DNA of 58,386 nucleotides, filler included, from Catajapyx aquilonaris (Eukaryota): NCBI GenBank assembly GCA_000934665.2. It is 4 parts of 4 records of this genome, joined end to end, with 100 filler letters (N's around TTAATTAATTAA, not from the genome) between each part and the next. Parts side by side here need not be neighbours in the genome. Positions count along the whole stretch, not along the records: positions 44,026 to 58,386 come from JYFJ02007816.1; 3 more parts are not named here. One strand, 5' to 3'. Shown piece by piece: positions 44,026 to 58,386 of this stretch (position 1 is its first letter; each line of letters starts with the position of its first letter). The notes under the pieces were generated by a model. It saw only the letters and a program-made list of their open reading frames with translations, ran no database searches and was not told where the DNA came from. The position numbers and the translations under genes were made by a program.

Positions 44026-46166
44026 TAATCCTGCTTACCAACTCTTCCCACTGGGGATGCCAGTAGACTGCCGTCAGATGTGAGAGGACCGTATTACTCA
44101 ATATCCACGTGCGTCGAGAAAAAGTTAAAGCAAGTGTTACCGAAAGCATCCAAGAGGTGGCGTTGGGGGAAGGGGGAAAAAGGAACGGCATCCCAACTCC
44201 ACCTGTTGGGTGCTTTTGGTACCACTGCTTTTTTTCTCGCCGCAAGGGGAAGTGGCCAAAAACCGAAATTTACTTTACTTTGTTCATAAACGTCCATGTA
44301 GTTGTTGGCACCACTGATAATAATCAACATCTCGCCCTTGGCCAACATTCGATTTGGTTTGTTTACGGCACGTTCCATTCCTCCTTCCTCTCCCCCTCCC
44401 CTGATGTGAGGTCACCGTGAAGACGTGCGGGCGGAGGATGGTGGCAGGGTGGAGGGGTCTTCACGGGAGAGGAGAATGATGCGTCCGCGTTGACGTCCAG
44501 CAAGCGACTGAGGCGTTCTCCCACCCATTGCGCATGCTCGGAAGGGGGGCCAATCGGAGGCATCGTGGTAACAATGCGTCATGGATACGACGCAGCAACA
44601 ATGGAAGGGGGCCAATGGGAAGAGGTGGCGGCGACAATGCGGGGGCGGACCAATCAGAGGGCTTATACATGCAACGCAAGCATTTTAATATTATAGAAGA
44701 AAAAGGAATCTGCAGGATGCTTACTTATTAGTTGAAGTGGTAAACAGTGTAGGTTGTTTACTCTGCAGATATTTTGCAAAAATATGTAATTGAGTAGGCC
44801 TATTACACGACTCGTATTGAACCCGATTGCGTAAGTAATAACCTTTCTAATTAGTAATACCAGGAAGATGTAATGGTTTTTGCTATTCCCTTTCATTTGC
44901 AATTGTAAATTTCATGAATAATTATGTCCATCTTTGAATGGCCATCATCGGCGTGCCTTTACGTACGTGTTCTTCAGCATATCATCATGACATGCATTAA
45001 TTGAAACCACATAATGTATCCGTCAATGTCAAGGAGAGAACTGATTAATGTACTCTAATGACGTCCAAAAAGAATATCAATAAAGGCGGATTCAATGCGA
45101 TAGTATAGTTTCCACATCAGTGTCCTTCAATTGAAGAAAAACTACACTTTCAGGCAGCTTTTATTGTACCATTATTATGGCATGGAAGGGTGTCAATTGC
45201 TTCAAACACAACTCAGATTACGGTATATCCACTCGTGTGTATACACTATACAGCTATTCATGCGCCTTGACCTAGGTTTTCTTTCGAATAATATACCTGC
45301 TAGATTCGCAAAAAGCATAGGGCTGATGGCTGTAGTTTTTTGTGTGGTTCAAGGTCTGAAACGCAGATTGGTGCAAACTATGGCAAAAAAAAGTTCGTAT
45401 AGATCAGCACCATAGTGTTACCAGGAAATTTCAATTAACACTGGCAGGTACCAGGCGTAACATATATGCTCAGAGATAATGGAAGTGCGAAAAGATAAGT
45501 GCAGGGATTTGGGAAAACATCTCGATTAAAAGTAATTAGTTTAATTACAAGCAAAGAGATGTCTAGATTTCAAATTACATCTCGTCATGCAGTACAATGA
45601 GCTGTAAAAAGGCCTTGAACTACGTATTACCCACTCCAAGGTCGTAATAAATTGAAGTGCTGACTGATGTAGTTGTACTCCAGAAGTGTATGATATATAA
45701 CAATACTGTACAATGCGTACAATTATTGACGTACATCGTTCAACTCTTCCCGCCTCTCGCCAAGTTGATGATAGTATTGGTACGGATAATGATATCTGGA
45801 TGATATCGACATCCGAACTACGGCCATCTCCGGCAACCAGCTGTTGTTTCTTCTTTGTTGTGCTTGATTGTTGTCCTTCTAATTGCTGGCGGGTGAGTTG
45901 AATTCAACACCAACTCAAGTCATACTCTGTAGACAAATACTGGTACTTATTGCATCAACTAGACTCCTAGAGAGAGTGGCGTTGATGCCACAATGGAAGC
46001 ATAGTGAGTGATCATGTCAGTATAGCGACACAACCGCAGGCTTGTTATGTCAGTACCATTCTCATGATGTATCAACAACAACGACAACAACACTAATGAT
46101 GATGATGATATTAATAATAATAACAATCATCATAACGAGGAGGTCCTCGTTACCCTACAATCCTAC

Positions 46167-46230
<64 letters not shown>

Positions 46231-46280
46231 GCTAGCCTGGAGCTGTCACGTTTCATGTAATCTTTTAAGGGGTCGCGGAC

Positions 46281-53090
<6,810 letters not shown>

Positions 53091-53755
53091 ACGAAGGACA
53101 ATTATAATGGGTAGAATATGGCGTGACTCTTCTGGTTCTTTACTGTGCGGAATGTAGATTACTGTCTGGAGATCCTAAGATTACACGTTTAAGGCCTATT
53201 CATACAGCCACTTTAATACCATGCAAAATTTCAGAAGCACCTTTTAACTCTTAAGTGGCAGTTAACAAGGAATTTCTGAAATTCTGGTGGGAAAATGAAG
53301 TGGTTGTGTGAATAGGCCTCTCGACCACAGTTTTTGATGAAGTGGGGAGAATTGAAGGATAAAAAATGTAATATTAAAACGCAATAAGGTGGGTAGTCTA
53401 AACGTGAAATCGTAGGATCAATCAACTATGTGTACAGTACTACTCTATACTGCTCAAAAAGATGGAAGTGATTTTGCATTTAAACCAAATGGAAAATCAT
53501 CCCTATCTTTTTGAACAATTCTTCGTTGATCTGACATAAGGATGAATCCACCATTTACCTAATTTGACAGGAGAGCCAAAAGAAACCTGCAAAGCTCTAT
53601 ACAAAATAATACATAGGACAGCGTTTTGATTTTCCGTTCTAACTCCAACGCCACTTGTCTTACGTGTTAGGCATTTTGAGACCCAACACTTGATCGTGCT
53701 AGCAGTAGCAGAGGCCATAATAAAATTTAAGCAAAAATGTCGAATTTGTTGAATT

Positions 53756-54037
53756 GTGATGCATGTTAGAACTAGTGGGGGTTTCTCTGACTGGTTTAAC
53801 ATTAGTGTTGGGGTTAAGCAGGGTTGTGTCATGTCTCCCTGGTTATTTAACTTGTACTTAGATGCATGTGTAAGGGAAGCTATGGTTGAAGGTGTAGGAG
53901 TGCAGTTTGGTGAGGAGAGAGTTAGTCACTTGCTGTATGCAGATGATTCTGCCCTTCTGGCGGAGAGTGAGGCTGATTTACAGTTGATCCTAGGCAAGTT
54001 AGATAATGTTTGTGAAAAGAGGGGTATGAGGATTAAC
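53756..54037 (+). mobile_element. RTE-clade LINE reverse transcriptase fragment
   Basis: SDWFNISVGVKQGCVMSPWLFNLYLD...LLYADDSALLAESEADLQ...GMRIN (QG-x-x-x-SP and YADD motifs); truncated at an N. Confidence 0.9.
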
Positions 54038-54235
54038 GNAAATATACAGTTTTGTGGTTAATATCACTGTTTCTTAGTTTCATATTGCTCCTCTGACACC
54101 GGTGCAATTTTTTTCCGTAAATGATCAGTTATCCGAACAATTAGTTATCCGAACACCTCCTTGGCAGACTCTGTTCAGATAATCGATGCTCCACGGTATT
54201 ATCATGTATATTTTTTTTGTATAGGAAGTTTCATA

Positions 54236-54324
54236 ATGTACTATCGGTGCGGAAATGGTATGGACACTTGTCAATGTTCAGCTTACTCCCAAGTGTCCGT
54301 ACCATTTCAGCGCCGATAGTACAT
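54236..54324. repeat. 89-bp hairpin / miniature TA-flanked MITE
   Basis: ATGTACTATCGGTGCGGAAATGGTATGGACACTTG versus CAAGTGTCCGTACCATTTCAGCGCCGATAGTACAT. Confidence 0.75.
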
Positions 54325-54934
54325 CTCTTATGTACACATGTACGTATGACATGACCAGCAATTTTTTTACAACAGTATGGAGATGCAGTATTTTCTAGTT
54401 GCATGATTCCGTGACATTAAAATCATCGTCAGTGCATTAAAATGATTATTTAAGTTTTTGACCTTCATAAAACATGCAACATGATGAAACTGGTTTTTCT
54501 TATTCTCACCCGTTGCAATCAACTACTTGTGAAGGAGAGATTTTGAGTGTTAAAACCAATTTTGCTAAACCCACTATGTTCGCTATGAACCCAGGCCTGA
54601 TGTTCAAAGGATTTGAAGCTGATTTTGCAGAAAGAAGTTAAGTGACTTCAGTTTACTTGAGTTACCTCCATCGTGATTGCAAATTTTAAAGAGTGTTTCG
54701 GCAGTTTCTGTTTGGCAGAAGGAATATCTGGACTGTAACGTACCATTGTGCTGCTGTCACTTACCATTGTGCTGCTTCAGACGATGATGTAACAGATGAT
54801 GCTGACCCTTGCTTTGGTTCTGGTGGCTGCAGCTGCCTCAGCCCAGATGATGACAAATGGTGCAAGATCTTTTATATTTTCTTTTATACTCAAAAAAGGC
54901 ATTGCCATTAACATGTTAATAAAACTACAGCAAG

Positions 54935-55281
54935 GGGGAGGTGTGGTGGCCGAGATGGTAACGTCTCGGCTTGCTGAGTGAAAGGCCCCAGGTTCGTTCC
55001 CCGCCTGGGAAACTTTCCTTTCACCTGCGTCGGGAGGGTCTCTGACCTGCACCAAGGAGGTGTCTGGCAACCTAACCTCCTGGGGGACTGCGCATGGCCC
55101 AGTTTGAGACATTGCACTTGCACCCGTGTCCCCTCCCCAAAAATCCCTATCCTTACCCAATTTCCCTGATTTCCCTGCACCGGAGTATGAAGAAAAACCA
55201 ATAAAATTGAAAATATGGTGGTGTTCCACCTCCCTAATAGAGCGTTGATCTCTCAATGGGGTAAAATTAAAAAAAGAAAAA
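54935..55281 (+). mobile_element. tRNA-derived SINE, family D
   Basis: 14-bp TSD AAAACTACAGCAAG, A/B boxes and poly-A tail. Confidence 0.88.
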
Positions 55282-56769
55282 AAAACTACAGCAAGAGCTG
55301 CATAACCTGTACTTGATTCTTCAATTGAAACTGTCAATGAAAATCATCAAAGATTCAGGAGAATAGTGAAGGGCTAGTCATTTTTTTCATTTTAACTGAA
55401 TTAATATGAATATGGTGCTAGTTTCAGTTTAAATGTATGCTGCTGAGGATCGCTTGTCCATTCCCCAGCCGTATACACTGTACAGTATGATAGGTTGTGA
55501 TGCGGTTAGACTTGTGAAATTTTTTGTCCTGCCTTTCATTTGGTACTTGTTCACCATGTATGATACAGTACAGTACCAGTAGCTACTAGCTGGAATCGAC
55601 ATCATATGAGTAATAGTGTCTGCTTCCATTCGCTACCACCATGACTGCATGAAAGTGGACTGTACTGTACTGTACAGTACTTCACTATACTTTATAATTG
55701 ATATTAGGGAGGTTGGCCTGGCATTGCCTCTTCAACCTCCAAGGATAGGGAAGGAAGGAAGCTGCTGTGTCCTATTATGCGGAAGCGACCCTGGAATATT
55801 ATCCTAGGAAGACTGTGGAAAACCACAGAAAACCATGCTCAGGATCGTCTGCCCAGGGATTCGAACCCAGGGCCTCCTGATTAGCAGTTGGACGCCTTGT
55901 CCTTCGCCCTCTAGCGGGTGAAATTCCAAAAGTCACCTCCTAGACTTCTCGGCGACGTGAAGCACACATTTCACGCTTCATTTTGAGGTCCATTCAAAGA
56001 ATCCCAAAAGTAGCGAACTTTGAGTTATATTAAAATCAGAATTTCCCCGCCATCTTGAAATGGAAAGATTTTATCCCGGCTATTTTCAATGCGATATTAT
56101 TAAAGGCCTATAAAAGAGCTTCCAAAATCACGTATCGGATTTGGATTAACTTTAGTGGTTCAGAGGTTAGGGGCCTCCATTACAAGCCCTGACAGCGTCA
56201 AATGAGTGAAATTTTGCAATTACACACCCTGTCGTTTCGCAACCACGTGTCACAGAGAGACGAAATCTCGGTTCCTTACATACAACGATGACTGCTACAA
56301 ACCCATGAATTTTGGTCGAAATTGGAAAATATCATTCTGTCGGAAAAGTGGTCCTAGTTAACGTGGAATGCCCCATTAGTATAAGTCACTAAAGCCCTGC
56401 AGGATGGCTGAACAGAGTGATGAGGAGTCTGCATGTCTGATGATGAATTAGGTGATAAGTTTGTTACGCTATGTCATTATGCCTATAATCGAGAGAAAAA
56501 AATTTCATGCTCATAACATACACACAAAAATAATTTAGGCGTAGGTTCAAACTTAATACATTTTATTGACAAGTGAACCAATAAGTTTGCACATGATTTG
56601 TATAATGTGGTAGCAGATTAAGAAAAATTCAAATGTGAGCTGCATATTTTACAGTCACACTTGCATGTCATTCGATAGGAAAAGTAAAAGGTTATCCACA
56701 TTTTAAATTGAAAGTTAACAGCTCCATGTCTGGTCAAACATTGCATGAAACAAGTTGCATCATGTGTTA

Positions 56770-58086
56770 CTAATGGGTTTTCACACATATATCAAGTGCG
56801 GCCTGCGGTGGGTTGGCTGTGCATACGACTCCAATGCAGCACTGATATCCCTCCCCGAGATCGGCGCAATCATAGTCATCATCACACCTCCGATTATTGT
56901 TAAATGAAGAACAGGGCTGGTTTGCGCCCACACCAGCTAAACATGAATCATGTCTTGGCTCTCCAATGTTCTGTGCATCTGACAAACCTGTAACTGAATC
57001 AAAATATAGGACTTTAGAATACATATTGTAGTAGTAATTTTGCCTGCCACTCATATTACAAGCCTCACCATATTACCATGTACTCTTGAAGTAATGACAT
57101 GCTAGGGATTCAAAGTGACATAATTATGTTGGAGGTAAAATGTGCTATAATCCCTGGTTTCAACTATTTTCAGGGTGCAGAGTGGCTTTTGAACAAGGGA
57201 GTTATTTCCAATGGTGTCATATACTCTGATTACAATATAACGTAGAAATATACGTATAATACGCTTTTTCCTCCATATTCTAGGTGAATAAATTGAACAT
57301 GGAATGGTCCATGATGTTTTTGCTAACAAAATGATTTTGTATGACAGTGGTTTAAATATAGGAAGAGGAATCTGATTTATTAAATACCCTAGACCTAGAG
57401 CATATTACCTCTAAAGAAAAGAGTGTAAAGGTTTTCTGCCTCTTCAATTTTGCAACCAAGTGGGAATAATAATTTATGTTTTATCCACCTCATTTGGGGT
57501 CAGTTGTATGAACTCACGAAGTAATAGAGAATTTTATATTGTATATAACAATTCACAAGGCGCAGTCAGCTATTTACTCATTATTCGACTTGAAGCAACT
57601 TGGTCTGAGCTATGTTTAATCCAAGCAGAGCTGAATTTGGATATAAAGATGTATTACAGTAGAGCATGAATAATAGGTGTATTCAAATCTGGGGCACTAA
57701 ATTTAAGACAAATTAAGTCAAGTCGGGATTTTCGAAGATGACTAAATGCAATCAAGGTTGGATTTAAGAATATGGATAGGTTTAGTAGAATAATCCCAGA
57801 CAACTGAGGTCATGAGGCAAGAGATGAGCTGCCCTGGAGAAGCTGTCTCCCTCCCTGGTTAATTGACTTGCATTACACTATTACTAGATACTAGGTAACT
57901 TATAACTGAACGGCAAGCGTTGATGTCCAAACATTTTAACATATCAATTTTCCATGTATAGAATAATACCTCTTTTATCACATAGGACCCAATATGCCCC
58001 AGTTGCGTATAATACTCACACAAGCAAGCAACAGCAATGGCCAGAAGCAGCATCTTGGGAGCGTAGGCACGATGAACAGAATTCAT
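56770..58086 (-). CDS. Small secreted 8-cysteine WAP/four-disulfide-core-like peptide, 94 aa; exons 58020-58086 and 56770-56987
   Basis: Spliced (T|GTGAGT...CAG|GT, phase 1) it reads MNSVHRAYAPKMLLLAIAVACLCLSDA-QNIGEPRHDSCLAGVGANQPCSSFNNNRRCDDDYDCADLGEGYQCCIGVVCTANPPQAALDICVKTH*. It has a hydrophobic signal peptide, a CxxDxDC...CC motif and AATAAA at 56562-56567 on the minus strand. Confidence 0.75.
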
Positions 58087-58386
58087 GTTGTGACTCTTGT
58101 TGCTACGTTTCCTGCCTGGAAGGAAAGAGATACTGTACAGTGTAGTTACTGCGAGGAGAATCAGATTCTCAGTAGATGTGGCTTATGGCCGCCACTCCCC
58201 TTTTATAGTTTTAATTAGCATTTTCCACACGGCCCTTTATCTCATCATTATTCTCACCTTTCATCAGCTATTCATGATGTGCAGGTGGTATTGTGACCGT
58301 ACCGGTTTTACTATGTCTAAACGTCCTACAGTTCAATGCAGTCTGATGCTACCTTGCATCACCTTTATATCAGTGCATATTTGATT

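Overview
Eukaryotic, arthropod-like, intron- and transposon-rich DNA. It consists of four roughly 14-15 kb contigs joined by identical artificial 100-bp linkers (44 N + TTAATTAATTAA + 44 N at 14338-14437, 28765-28864 and 43926-44025), so adjacency across the linkers is not biological evidence. Contig 1 holds a near-complete 23-coding-exon ABCC1/MRP1-type ABC transporter on the minus strand (1731-11941). Contig 2 holds two internal dymeclin exons separated by an 11.5-kb TE-filled intron. Contig 3 holds the 5' part of an EB1/MAPRE gene in which the exon for the end of the CH domain plus linker is tandemly duplicated with identical splice phases, giving candidate mutually exclusive exons; this is the top finding. 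Contig 4 holds a gene with two Myb/SANT-like domains built from a duplicated three-exon module, probably Harbinger-derived, and a two-exon secreted 8-Cys WAP-like peptide. Other notable signals are a 24-nt exonised intron remnant at a conserved MRP1 intron position, a remodelled MRP1 substrate pocket, and a 21-bp intronic stem in EB1. Helitrons, MITEs and several tRNA-derived SINE families sharing a 3' stem-loop fill the introns. All assignments come from manual reading and recalled family motifs; no database search was run.
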